Assembly (NCBI GenBank): GCA_965153285.1
Contig: OZ229113.1
Direction: 5' to 3' (one strand)
Length of the DNA stretch: 64,000 bases
Source: Podarcis tiliguerta
Taxonomy: Eukaryota
Positions 1 through 12,107 of the stretch are shown here, in pieces; positions within the stretch are counted from its first letter, which is position 1, and every line of letters begins with the position of its first letter. The notes below the pieces were generated by a model. The model was not told the origin of the DNA. It did not search any database and saw only the letters and a list, made by a program, of their open reading frames with translations. A program made the position numbers and the translations under genes.

Positions 1-18
1 TCTTTGTTTCTACTTTAG

Positions 19-99
19 ATTTCATCAAGTACATCCCATTCAGGTCCTCCTGAATTAACAAAGCAGTGTGGGACATCGGCATTGTTTCAGTTGGCAGAG
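19..99 (+). CDS. BBX: BBX internal coding exon (81 nt, phase 0/0): ISSSTSHSGPPELTKQCGTSALFQLAE
   Basis: Pyrimidine tract with AG at 17-18 and GT at 100-101. The SALFQLAE motif precedes MCLASE in vertebrate BBX, and the exon splices in frame to 2517. Confidence 0.9.
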
Positions 100-1331
100 G
101 TAGTATTAAAATCCTGTGGCTTAATTACTACTGAATGATGCTGGTTGCCAAGGTCTGGGAAGCGGAGCAGTACTACAGTCATAATTAGCATTGTTGTTTA
201 TAGAACTGTAAATTACCACGTTGGTGCCAAGGAACAAGATTTACCTTGTCTAACCATTAGGCACACAGTCTCTGTAGAGCCAAGGCGTCAAGTTAAGAAC
301 AGCTAGCTTCAAGGTGCAGTAGTGCACTGGGTAGTAGGCAACAGCCAATATGTGAAATACTGCTCTTAATTCTTTTGTTCTTGGTTTTAAAGAATGTTTT
401 ATATCTTTCATGGAAAAGTTCACAAAATGAAAATTGCATGGTGAGAGAGTTGTGCTATTTCTTCCAGTGATGCAACATGCATTGTCCAGTAGAGGAGCCC
501 ATGACTCTCATGCAACTACAATCTGCATGTACCAAGTTAGTAGTCTCTATAAAAGCCAGTTCCCACCATTCCGTCATTCCCTAGAGAGACCAAGAAAGAG
601 AACTAAAAGATTAGGATATTTTGAAGAACAGGCTTTATTTTCAATGAGTGGGATCACTGTCCCCTGAGTAGGTCCATGCAATGTAAAATCCTCTCTACTG
701 TACATGTTTTAGCCATATTTCAATCAATAGATTTTGCTTCTATTTAAATAATGATAAATGAATACATATAGAGGTGGCTGTTTTCTCTTCTTTGATTAGA
801 CAAGGCAAATCTAAAGTACACTTGGGTTTTATATTGAGCTGCTACCAGCTGAAAGCAAAGACACTCTTTGTAAAATCCTCTTACATGTACAGTCTTTTTT
901 CACTTGATCGCGATGAGCATGGCTTACACAGCACCCCTGCTTTCAAATTCAGAGGATGACACCATCAGGTTAAAAACTAACAAACGACAGTGCCACTTTT
1001 CTCAAGTATTTCTTTTAACATCTTTAAGAATATATTTGCCACAGTTTGATATGAACATAAGGGTGCTCCAGCCCACTACAGACGGTGGGTTAAGCACATT
1101 TAACTTTGTACAGGGACACCTTGTTTCAATGTGCTTTGCTTTATTGTGCTTCACAGATATTGCTCCTTACGAGAATGCAGGTACAGCTGCAGGCAGTCCT
1201 GCTCCTCACCACCACTGCGCCTCTTCTGGCTATGGGAGTGGAACTGGCTAGAGCCAGTTTTTCCCCTGCAGCCTCGGGTGGTTGGCTTAATAGACAATAG
1301 TATAGTTTAACATTACTTTTACATGCACTAG

Positions 1332-1690
1332 GGGACGCGGGTGGCGCTGTGGGTTAAACCACGGAGCCTAGGACTTGCCGCTCAGAAGGTCGGCGGTTTG
1401 AATCCCTGCGACAGGGTGAGCTCCCATTGTTCGGTCCCAGCTCCTGCCAACCTAGCAGTTTGAAAGCACAAAGTGCAAGTAGATAAATAGGTACCGCTCT
1501 GGTGGGAAGGTAAACGGTGTTTCCGTGCACTGCTCTGGTTCGCCAGAAGCGGCTTTTTCATGCTGGCCACATGACCCGGAAGCTGTCTGCGGACAAACGC
1601 CTGCTCCCTTGGTCAATAAAGCGAGATGAGCGCCGCAACCCCAGAGTTGGTCACGACTGGACCTAATGGTCAGGGGTCCCTTTACCTTTA
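1332..1690 (+). mobile_element. Sauria SINE (lacertid POM-type), full length
   Basis: GGGACGCGGGTGGCGCTGTGGG head with A/B boxes, AAGTGCAAGTAGATAAATAGGTACCGC core, and ACCTTT tail. Confidence 0.92.
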
Positions 1691-2138
1691 GGAAACCCAA
1701 ACATTTAGTGCCTGGCCCATTCAGCCCACTCAGGCTCTTTTTATGAAGATCCAAGATCAAGGACTTCCCAGGTCCCTCTTGAACTCTAGTGAGAGGAATT
1801 TCCTCTCAGCCTCTTCTGTTTCTGAGTTGGAGGAAGGGAAACTGTCCAGAGAAGAGCCTCCCATCCCCACATAAAACACATAAGAAACCTCCTCATTCCC
1901 TTCATTCCAGGGGATGTCCCTTCACCTGCAGGTCCAAAAGCAAATTTCAGGATTCCTGGGTCTCCTCCTGATCCCAAGGCCACTGCAAATCAGGCAGAGG
2001 CTTCAACTAATATTGGGCTAAGAGGTGCCAGTTCAAGGAGACCCGGGTATGATGCCTGGAGCATGCTGGTGGGAGGCAGTCTGCATCTGTTCACAGAGGA
2101 GTGTAAATGCTAATAGGACCCACGAATGCTGGACAATG

Positions 2139-2318
2139 TTTATTTATTTAATAAGTTTATACACCACATTTTTTTCCAAAGAGCTTATGGTGGTGCTTCC
2201 CTCCCCATTTTATCCTCACAGCAATTCTGTGAAGTAGGTTAGGCTGAGACACAGTGACTGGTCCAAGGTCACCCATTGAGTTTTATGGCTGAGTGGAGAT
2301 TCAAACCCTGGTCTTCCA
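2139..2318 (-). mobile_element. tRNA-derived squamate SINE (Squam3-like), partial
   Basis: Its reverse complement matches the copy at 50276 (GGGTGACCTTGG..CAGTCAC..CTCAGCCTAACCTAC) and has a TAAA tail. Confidence 0.7.
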
Positions 2319-2516
2319 TAGAGCTCAGTAATTGTGAGGGTTATCACATTGTGCTATTAGGATGTGCTCCCCATTGTCTGGTAATCCTACTGCAAGTATA
2401 CAGGCTGTGTAATGTTGAACTGCCAAGAACAAGGGTGTTTTTTCTAGAACAAGTCACAAAGCTCTTACCCAGCATTGCACTAGAAACGTGAAATTAATGT
2501 TTTACCCTTGTTTTAG

Positions 2517-3435
2517 ATGTGCCTTGCCTCAGAGGAAGTAAAAGTGAGGGAACCCGGGAAGGGAAAGCTAGAAGCACCCAGAATTATCAAAGCTTTGGAA
2601 GCACCAGAGGAGATCAAAGTTGAAGAACCAGAGAGGGTGAAAGTAAAAATCGAAAAATCTCATAAGGTGAAGGGCCAAGAGCACGAGAAGACAAAGATTG
2701 GAACGTCTGAGGAGGTGACAAGATGCAGTCACATTGCAGATCCTTCTTTGGACAGCATGACGTTAGTTGGACCTGACAGCACAATTGCAAAGGATTCTGT
2801 ATGCCATTCCCAAGAACTGACAATGGCTGACATCAGCACCTTAGGATTAAGCAAGCCGGAAAAGCTAAAGAAGAAAAAGAAGAAGAAAAATAAGCCGGAC
2901 CAGCAAGGACTTGAAAAATGTACCCCTAAGAAGGCTTGCAAAAAGAGGCAGTCTTCTGAATCAGACATTGAAAGCGTCATTTATACTATTGAAGCGGTTG
3001 CAAAAGGGGACTGGGGGGCAGAGAGACTCACAGAAGTGCCCCGTAAGAAAGCCCGCCCTTCCTCAACGGCGAAGGGGAACATCTTGGAAACAAAGTTACC
3101 AAAGAAAAAAGTGAAGTCGAAAGAGAAAAGAGCTCTAAAGGAAAAATGTGTAGAGACCACCAAAGAATCAAAGCCTCCTGATTTTTTTGACGTTACCGAC
3201 AACAAGGAACTGCCATGCGAGGTACCCGAAATCATCAAATCGGAACCGCTCACCCCAACGGAAGAGATGATGCCACAAAGCTTACCAGAGCAGGTCAAAC
3301 CCGAGGACAGTGACTGTAACAAAAAGACAGAGACATGTGGCTCGAGGAAATCTGAGAGAGCTTGCAAGGGTGCTCTGTACAAAACTCTGGTGTCAGAAGG
3401 GATGCTGACATCCCTGCGTGCCAACGTTGACAGAG
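2517..3435 (+). CDS. BBX: BBX large internal exon (MCLASE...LTSLRANVDR)
   Basis: ttttag acceptor and G|GTACGT donor (phase 1). Contains the BBX motifs KKRQSSESDIESVIYTIEAVAKGDWG and RKSERACKGALYKTLVSEGMLTSLRANVDR. The ORF-track call reads through into the intron after 3435. Confidence 0.97.
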
Positions 3436-4120
3436 GTACGTGGCTTTTAACCTGCCTATGTTTGGCATGTCTGATACAGGCAGTGACTGCTGCTGTGTTA
3501 GCATCTTGATCTGGAGTTTCTTCCAACAGCACAAGAAAGAACAGTGGCAAAAGCCTAGAACAAGGGTAGGGAACCTCAAGCCCAGAGGCCAAATGCAGCC
3601 CTGCTGCCAAGCTCTCAGGCCACACCCCCTCAGTAGCCATGCTCCAAACCATCCCCGGGTGCCTTTGCATGGCTGAAACTGTGATAATGCCTCTTGCTTG
3701 TTTGTGTATGATGGCTGCAAAAACCCGACATTCACATAGCTGGAATGTAGCCTACTGTACAAAATAGGAGTCACGTCCATCGCCTTGGGCGCTTTTGTTG
3801 AAAATAGGAATTGATTTAAAAATCATTTTTAAAAGTGATGGATTAATTTGGTTGCTTAAATCTGATGTTTTTCCTTGACAGACTCAGCCTTAACAAGGTA
3901 AAGGTACTTTGAGATTCAGGATAATTAATTTAATCACACCACTTTTACAAATAAATGAGGAGCTGCTTGGGAGTTGCAACGTTCAATAATAATTTAAGTT
4001 GCATGAGTTTTGCAGGTCCCACTGTAGGTGCCCATCTGCCTGCCTGTCTGCCCAGCTTCCTTCTGTCTTAATGTCCCATGATTCCATAACAGGCTCTATG
4101 TCTCCTAATGTCTTTCCTAG

Positions 4121-4259
4121 GGAAACGAAGCTCAGGAAAAGGCGGCAGCTCTGATCATGAAGGATGCTGGAATGAAGAAAGCTGGGCATTTTCCCCTGGT
4201 GGGGCAAGTGGGAACAAAAAGCTTAAAAAACCTAAGCCAAAGGAAGAAATAGTTGTGGG
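4121..4259 (+). CDS. BBX: BBX exon (139 nt): GKRSSGKGGSSDHEGCWNEESWAFSPGG...EEIVVG
   Basis: tctttcctag acceptor and GG|GTAAGT donor; phase 1 in, phase 2 out; SSDHEGCWNEESW motif. Confidence 0.95.
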
Positions 4260-5976
4260 GTAAGTGCTATAATGTGCAAATGTGCCGTTTTGAGTATGCA
4301 AACTTTTTCAAGCTGGTTTTAAAGCAAGTAGAAATTGCCTCATTTTCATAGGTTGACTGTGCTTTATGTCACTTTAGTAAAATATAGTCTTCTAACAAAA
4401 GGAATGCAACATTAAATCACCTATTCAAAGTTATTTTCCACTTTCCCCTATGGTTCTTGTTCACTATCAGTCTTGTGCTGGTATTTAGCCTTAGACAGAG
4501 TTTACTACCTATTTGGGGCTGCATTCCCTAGCAGTCGAAAGCCACAGTCCCAGCACATGAGGCATCCCCTACCAACCTCATTTCGTTGGCTGTGTCTCAA
4601 TTAGAAGGCTTGAAATCTCCAGAGTTGAATCACCTATTCAAACCCATTTTTATTTCCATGTTAGCCTTAAGCCATACTAGAAATACAGCACATGGACGAT
4701 TGATATATGTAAAATGATTAACAGTATCTGTACAGATGTGTACAGTAGACTAGGTCAACCAAAATTGTCATTACAGCAATCGTGACAGCAGTTCACAAAT
4801 GGGGGGACTCAACAAAAGCACCAATAGTGAATAAGCTCTCGTTCTTTGTTGACGTCTGCTTTTAAAGAGTCAATCCTTTGTAGGAGTGAAGAACTCTAGT
4901 CACATCCAGATACTCCAAAATTGGATCTGATTTCATTCGTTCTGTGTAAGGTTGCAGATACCCTGCTCAAATAATAAAATAAAAATAAAAAATAAATTGG
5001 AAGGCTACATGTACACAGCTGCATACCATAGATAAACATTTACCTAGTAAAGCACACACACTTGGGTGAGGAATCCCTACAGCTTTAGAGTGTGTGTGTG
5101 TTATCAGGGTGCTGGTATAGTCTTTACTCCTGCATGCTGGTGTAGCCAAATACATGTTTTCACCCACAAATTGCAGTTGTTGAATTGGAGCCAATTCACC
5201 ATTTCTTTTGAGCCACTTTCCCATTTGAGACTTAGTCTAAAGCCATTGTTTGAATGATTCATAGCTACAGGGAAAACCAATAATACATTATGCTTAACTG
5301 ATCTGATAAAACAGAGGTGTTCATCTTTATAACTTCTTAATGGAGCAGACTACTAGCTATACTCCATTGTGAGGCTGGGAGTTTTCATTTCTCAAACAAA
5401 CAAGGAAGATTAACTTACTGGCAAGCAATATTTCCATTCCTATAATGCACCAGTGGGTAAGGGATTTTTGATTCTGCCACACCGTAAAGTACTTGGATTG
5501 CTAGCATTAATTATCTTCTTTCTGTTGTTGAGAGGTAGGGAGAGATAATCTGTCTTCGCAAGTTGATTTTTTTTTTCCTATATGAAGAATCACATCCTAT
5601 TTCTTTTTGCTAAAAAAACTAGTCAACCCTTTTCTAATTTTCCCTGTATCATATTTTTTTATTTGCTAGGAATAATACCCAGATTCTTTGTCCCACAGTA
5701 ATCTGCAAAAATATTCAATAACCTTTGTAATTCTATTGAATTCCATTAAATTAATGATGCATTGTCTGCACTCAATAAATACTGTAATGACATTTTTTCA
5801 AACATTGTGAACCTAAAATTTCTCACCCCCTGTATATGAATTCAGATTGTCTTGTGGCACCCAATCTGTTTTTAAACAACCTTGTGGAACTTCTTGTTCC
5901 ATTGTAAAGCTGTTAGATAATGTCTCTCCTAAACCAGACCTTATGGTGAAATATCTGTGTTGTTTAAAAATGTATA

Positions 5977-6226
5977 CAGCCGTACATTGAAAGTCAAACG
6001 GAATCCGTTCTGGAAGCCCATTTGACTTCCAAAATGTTCGGAAACCAAGGTGCAGCTTCCAATTGGCTGCAGGAAGCTCCTGCAGCCAATCGGAAGCCAC
6101 AGAACCAGCATCAGATGTTGGGGTTCCAAAGAAAGTTCTTAAACCGGAACACTCACTTCCGGGGTTGCAGCGTTCAGGAGTCAAAATGTTCGCGTCGCAA
6201 GGCGTTTGACTTCCAAGGTACAACTG
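5977..6226. mobile_element. Tc1/mariner-type MITE, family A
   Basis: TA|CAG...CTG|TA ends with imperfect TIRs, and the internal palindrome GCTTCCAATTGGCTGCAGGAAGCTCCTGCAGCCAATCGGAAGC. Confidence 0.8.
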
Positions 6227-6569
6227 TATTATGCTTTATCTAGTTCCTGTCAATTTCCCCCACAATTGCCTTCAACTCCCTTTAAATCAAAAGTCGCGTA
6301 AAGCTGCTCATTCTTTCGGTACGTTTAGTAGCCCAATCCTGTGCATGATTACTTGGAAGCAAGAGTGCTGTCCTTTACATACCTACTGAGAAGTAAGACC
6401 CATTGAGTTCAGTGGGACTTACTTCCAGGAGAATGGGCGTAGAATTGTAGCCCAACAGTGCAATTCATAATCCCAGGCAAGCAGCAATGGGATGGGATGG
6501 AGCAGCATAGCTACATCTGCAGCCTTGCCGCTCAACACCAGGGTGGTGGATAGACAAAATGCTGCTCTG

Positions 6570-6710
6570 CATCTGAAGGCAGCCCTGTTTAGGGAAGTTT
6601 TCAGTGTTTAATGCTGTATTATGTTTTTGATATTTGGTTGGGAGCTGCCCAGAGTGGCTGGGGAAACCCAGCCAGATGGGCAGGGTATAAATAAATAAAT
6701 TATTATTATT
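6570..6710 (+). mobile_element. L2-clade LINE 3' end with (TTA)n tail
   Basis: Same 3' end as the RT-coding L2 fragment at 42118-42663 (CCCAGAGTGGCTGGGGAAACCC.GCCAGAT). Confidence 0.8.
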
Positions 6711-6712
6711 AA

Positions 6713-7080
6713 GGGACGCGGGTGGCGCTGTGGGTAAAACCTCAGTGCCTAGGACTTGCTGGTCGTAAGGTTGGCGGTTCGAATCCCCACGGCGGGGTGA
6801 GCTCCCGTCGTTCAGTCCCAGCTCCTGCTCACCTAGGAGTTCGAAAGCACCCCTAAGTGCAAGTAGATAAATAGGTACCGCTTTATAGCGGGAAGATAAA
6901 CGGCATTTCCGTGTGCGGCACTGGTGCTGGCTCGCCTGTTGCAGCTTCGTCACGCTGGCCACATGACCCGGAAGTGTCTTTGGACGGCGCCGGCTCCCAG
7001 CCTCTTGAGCGAGATGAGCGCGCAACCCTAGAGTCGGTCACGACTGGCCCGTACGGGCAGGGGTACCTTTACCTTTACCT
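6713..7080 (+). mobile_element. Sauria SINE, second subfamily, inserted in the L2 tail
   Basis: Same head and core as the 1332 copy, (ACCTTT)n tail, and tattatta on both flanks. Confidence 0.92.
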
Positions 7081-8103
7081 ACTATTATTACCTGTCTGGA
7101 ATCACGTGACAGCAGTGGGGCCAGCTCAGGATCCATTCCATGGCACATTCTATTCAAATCCCATCAGCAGTACTTCTGCCCACTCATGATTTAGTTGGGC
7201 AGAATGGGGAGCTCAGTGCTGGAAGAGTGACACTGGCATGGCTGTTTTGGGCTGTGCAGAGGGAAGCCTCCGCCCAATCCACACACACGAAACCCATGGG
7301 GGATCAGGGTTTTGGATGGCAACCTAAGTCCCATTTCTGATATATGACTTCCTCCCAGGTACTCCTCCCATCTTTTTTCACACTGTATAGTGATTTCTTA
7401 AAAATTGTTTAAAATACAATCCCCCTAAATACAGTGGGGATACATACTTCCAAGTCAGTATGTATAGGATTGTTCTGCACTATATTGTAGAACAAAGTAA
7501 TGATCCACGCAAGAACAGCGTCATAAAAGCTTTACTGCTCTTTACTGTTGTACAGTTTTACTGAATAAAAGTGACTTACTGGTTTATGTTGTTATACAGG
7601 CTTCACAGCAAATGATTAAGTAATTTTCCATTTTAATAGTATTATTTTAATATATAGTAATATGATTTTTCATTTTCCCAAAGCTTACTTGGCAGTTTTT
7701 CTTAATAATATTGTTCCTTTATGACCATACCCATGTTTCAGTTTGTCTCACAGCTGATTGCAACTTATTAACAAAATGCAGTAAATTCTGTGTTCTAAAA
7801 ATAAAATAATAATCTATGAATATTTGAGGAAATTCCAGTAAATCAAAGCAAAATTCCAAATGAAACCACCTCTACCTAGAAGTAAGTGCCATTGACTCAG
7901 TGGGACTTATTTCTGAAAGATTGAAGTATTAGCCCTAGTGTGGCAGCCTCTTGAAATTGTAGGCACAATTGCATGTGGAAAGCTGTTTGGTTTTTTAAAA
8001 AAGTATTTCCACATGGTCTGACCTGTGGCTCCATCTTGTTGATTTGGTCCAGTTGATCAAAAAAAGAGTAACAACATTTTTTTTTTTGCCTTCCATTTTC
8101 TAG

Positions 8104-8252
8104 CTTAGCAAAGCTGGAGGAAGAATTTGAGAAAAAATTCAACAGCCTCCCTCAATACAGTCCTGTCACATTTGACCGGAAAAGTGCATCTGTTCCAAGA
8201 AAAAAGAAGAAGCTTGGTAGCTGCTCAACAGACCAACAGAAATCTAACAAAG
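8104..8252 (+). CDS. BBX: BBX exon (149 nt): LAKLEEEFEKKFNSLPQYSPVTFDRK...KSNK
   Basis: ttccattttctag acceptor and G|GTGAAA donor; phase 2 in, phase 1 out; FEKKFNSLPQYSPVTFDRK motif. Confidence 0.95.
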
Positions 8253-9590
8253 GTGAAAGGCTTCTGGATAATCCATTCCCAGTTATTAGCAGCCACCCTG
8301 CTAGGCCAGAAGCTCTTACAGTCTCACTTCACTTAATGTATGCATGTTTGAGCAAAGATACATATTTTATTTGATCATGTCAGAATTTTCACACATTCTG
8401 CTTATTGCTTTTCCATTGATGCCTGGTTCTATGTGGGAAGAGGACAGGCAAGTTATACCTCAGGAAAGAAGGCCTACTGTTTTATTTAAAAATACTTCAG
8501 TTTTGCCTGCTTACTATTTTAACTGCATAAACTTCTAAGAATAGTTTGCTTTTTTAAAAAAAAATATTTATATTTACAGCTTTTCAAAACTTCTTTCTTT
8601 TCTGTTCTAGGTTGAGAAAATAGTAAGATTAGCCTTGGGCATATTTGGTAGTCTTGAACAAGCTTTTTAATCTCTCATCCTGAGACCTTGTTTGTGAAAT
8701 ATAAACAGAAACATGCCCTATTGCACATGGATGATAAGAGGAGTAACAAAATAAAAGTATAACTTGTTTGTGCATTTGAAATGTAAATACTTTCTTTAGA
8801 GAGAGAGAGATTGGCCACAATCTTCCAGTGATTGAATACCACCAAAATCAGTGAAACTACAGGTTGCTTCCATGCTAAGTTGTGCTGTTATTGCTTTTCT
8901 GCCAATCAGCTAGAAATGGTGCCTAATATTCCATTACATTAACCATAGGCTTCTATAATATTTACTCAGAAATAACTTTAATTCAGCAAAGGTTTCCTGT
9001 ATATTTCATTAAAGGTTTCCTCTTGTGGGGAAGAAACCTGTAATTAAACACCACCACCCCGGTGGGGTCAGGATTAATTAACAGTTATTGTAGTCACACA
9101 CACAAATCAACATATATACCCTTATTTTTAGATGTAGTTATCTCTCTCACTTCAGTGTTGAAAGAATAGTACTTTTCCGGGTCATTCTAGATAGACTGCC
9201 TCTGCACTTGTGTTTGAAATGAGGGGGGGAATCACTATAACAGTGGCGAAAAAAAGATTGGTAGACAGTATTGAAAATACAAGGATGCAACAGGCTGGCA
9301 ACAATCTCAACTAAAAAAAAAAAAGTGAATGTAGAAAAGATAGCAATTTCAGACCAAATGTCTAGCATGAAGGCATTCTGAATTTCTTAATTCCCTTTCA
9401 CTTGATTTCAGTGGCACTTAGCCACCACTAACTGTTGGTGGATTGTGCCTGTTAATCAACAAAAAGTCACTTGCAGAACAACAATAATGCAATCAAGGGA
9501 ATAGTTGCCTTGTTTCAATGGAAGAGGTTGACAGGCAGAAACTTCTGACCGCCTATACTGCAAGCCTAAATAGAATCCCACCTCTGACAT

Positions 9591-9591
<1 letters not shown>

Positions 9592-9632
<41 letters not shown>
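9592..9632 (+). repeat. (GT)n microsatellite, ~20 units
   Basis: Directly visible. Confidence 0.97.
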
Positions 9633-9634
<2 letters not shown>

Positions 9635-9905
9635 CTCCTACACTTACCTTTGACTCCTGGCAAATGTTTAGTGCTGTGGGTGGTCGGTTGCGGAAGTGCC
9701 AATCCCCAGTTGGACATGGGGAAAAGGAACCAGGCTGCCCTTTGCTCTCAGCACTGTCAGCCTATGTTGTGATCAGCACAGTCACATTTAACAACAGGGG
9801 TTGTCTGTAAGATTGAAGTGACAGAAAGGGAAGCTACTGTAGCAGCAACCATGCAGTGGTCAGTATAGGAAAATCAGAATTCTGTGTCTCTCCTAAATAC
9901 TGCAG

Positions 9906-10022
9906 AGTCTGCGACAATGCAAGAACCTTTGGTTGGCAGCCAGAAGAGAAAAGCAAGGAAAACCAAGATCACACACCTGGTTCGAACTGCAGACGGCCGA
10001 GTCTCACCAGCAGAAGTTCTGG
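9906..10022 (+). CDS. BBX: BBX exon: ESATMQEPLVGSQKRKARKTKITHLVRTADGRVSPAEVL (5' boundary inferred)
   Basis: Conserved QEPLVGSQKRKARKTKITHLVRTADGRVSP and G|GTAAGA donor. The best phase-1 acceptor downstream of the in-frame TAG (9866-9868) is ttctgtgtctctcctaaatactgcag|9906. Confidence 0.85.
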
Positions 10023-10572
10023 GTAAGAATGTGACTGGTGTTTTTTTTCTAGGTAGTTTTCAAAATTCAAAATATTTGTTCTTTTGTTTTTGTTTCTTAA
10101 AAATAAACATGATTTGTGGGCTGGGTGGGCAGGAAATGGAGTTTGGGGTTGAGGACAAACAAGTCCTAAGTTCTCCTCTGGGAGATGTATTTCTGCCTCT
10201 ACAGGGTACAGCTATTGTCAGAAGAGAAGGAAGTGCCTTCTTTGCTTGTAGGCATCCTCTAGTTGGCATTTATTTATTTCATAAAACTTATATACCACTT
10301 GATTGTAAAAAGCCTCAAAGCAGTTTGTACTCCTGACAAAGCCTAATATGGGTCTGTTACAGAGAATATATTTTCAGTTTTTGAGCATCAGTTTGTAGTC
10401 TGGCCTCTTTCCTGCCCCCACCTTGTGCCCCAAACAGTACCTGTTCAGAGAAGAAGCACTGAACATGGCCGGACATTTTGAGCAGGGAGGGAGGAATGTA
10501 TGTCTCCAATCCTTACAGCTTTAGGAGTCCCTTCAGCCGTTGTTTAAAGTTTACATTTTCCTTTCACTATAG

Positions 10573-10765
10573 AAGAGAAACCAAAGGAGCAACTGCAGAG
10601 TAGTCTTCTGAAAGCATCGAGTATAGGGATGGACTGCAGCGAGGAATCCTTGCAAAACAGTGAATTGGAGGAAGGTCATAGTGTTACACCAGACATGCCA
10701 TCTGTCTCTGCATTCTTTAGCCTAGCTGCTCTAGCAGAGGTAGCAGCGATGGAAAATGTGCACAG
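10573..10765 (+). CDS. BBX: BBX penultimate coding exon: EEKPKEQLQ...SAFFSLAALAEVAAMENVHR
   Basis: ttttcctttcactatag acceptor and AG|GTCAGT donor; phase 1 in, phase 2 out; VSAFFSLAALAEVAAMENVHR motif. Confidence 0.95.
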
Positions 10766-11599
10766 GTCAGTATGTGCTTTCTTCACCCCTTTGGCTTGTA
10801 ACAACTCTTCCTTTTAGCATCTGTACTTATATTTGAAATAAAGCACCCAGATCAAGCAGCACTTGAACTGTCTGCTGTGATCTACTTAAGAGCACCCTAT
10901 TTGGTACATATTACTTGCATACATTGTTGTGTCCAATGCAGCATTCATGCAAGATGTGCTCACACAAGCAGAATTCCCTGCCCTTCCTCTCCGCTGCAGC
11001 CCCGTGACTCCTAAAAAGCTATCCTAAGGGCCAAGGAATCCTCAGGACAGGCCTGACAGTTGGGACAGGGGGTGTTTAGTGAGCAGGAAGGCTGTGCTCA
11101 TTCCTGCTGCTGCCACCTGAGGCAGTATGCTTTTGGAAACTGCAAAAAGGAAGAGTGCAGCTGTGCTCAGGTGATGCTTGCAGGCTTCATTGATTGCTTT
11201 TACTTATATGCCACTTTTCCACAACAAGCTGTGCCCAAAACGGCTTGCAGCAAACATTAGAAACATTGAAATAGAGAACATCAGGAATACAAATATACAA
11301 AATACAATGTCAGTAACTTTTCAAAACAATACCAATCAACAATCTAGCAAACACAGAATAAACACAATGTTACAAAAAAAGAGAAAGCCACCCTGATCTA
11401 GGCTTAAATACATAAATACAAAGCAAAAACAAAAGTTTACTGACAATAGAGTTTCTGGAACTGGTCTTGTTGCACTCCAAGGAGCCTGGCTTAAATACAG
11501 TTCAAAAAGGAGTGGTAGATGACATACAGCTGGCCTACAGGCTAGGTGACATACGGCTGGCTCCTACATCTCTCATCCAGAGCAGACTGACAGCACCAG

Positions 11600-11775
11600 A
11601 AAGCAAGTGTTGGGAAGAGTGATGATAGTGAGTCTCTTCCCTAGCCTCCTGGAAGTACCACCTGGTGGTGCAGGTCTTATGACTTCCATATGCATCTGAT
11701 TGGCCCCTGTAAGAATAGGATGCTGGACTAGATGGGCCACTGGCCTAATCCAGCAGGACCTGCTTATGTTCTTAC
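11600..11775 (+). mobile_element. Old CR1 LINE 3' UTR fragment
   Basis: GGATGCTGGACTAGATGGGCCACTGGCCTAATCCAGCAGG...TTATGTTCTTA terminus, shared with the copy ending near 42748. Confidence 0.7.
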
Positions 11776-12107
11776 AGCAACTTTCTCACTTCTGAAGCTT
11801 TCCTGGGGGTTTCACCTCTCACATCCCTGGCCTTTTTAGGGGGTTATAGGTACTGCATTGAGAAGGAGGAGGTAGGGAAGTGCTGCATTGGATACAACCC
11901 ACAGTCATCTTTGACCCTCCCCCCCCTTATTTGTAGGTGAACCCATTAGTCTTGCTTGACTCTTTAGCATAATTTGTTCATAGCAAGAAACCAGGCTAGT
12001 ATGTGGTGGTGGGGTTTTAAGCCACAGTTTCTGTGTGCCAAGTTCAAAAACCAAATCAAACTGCATACTCATTTTCTAAAGAAGCAGGGAAATTCAAAAT
12101 ATATCGT

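Noticed and set aside
2981-3670. 229 aa minus-strand ORF
   Set aside because: It is the antisense shadow of the Lys/Glu-rich BBX exon and has no domain signature.
6465-7189. ORFs of 186 and 92 aa
   Set aside because: They are read through GC-rich SINE and L2 sequence.
9180-9370. A-rich stretch that might be a remnant of the missing BBX GPFQSQKK exon
   Set aside because: It contains stops and the similarity is only compositional; I cannot support it without an alignment.
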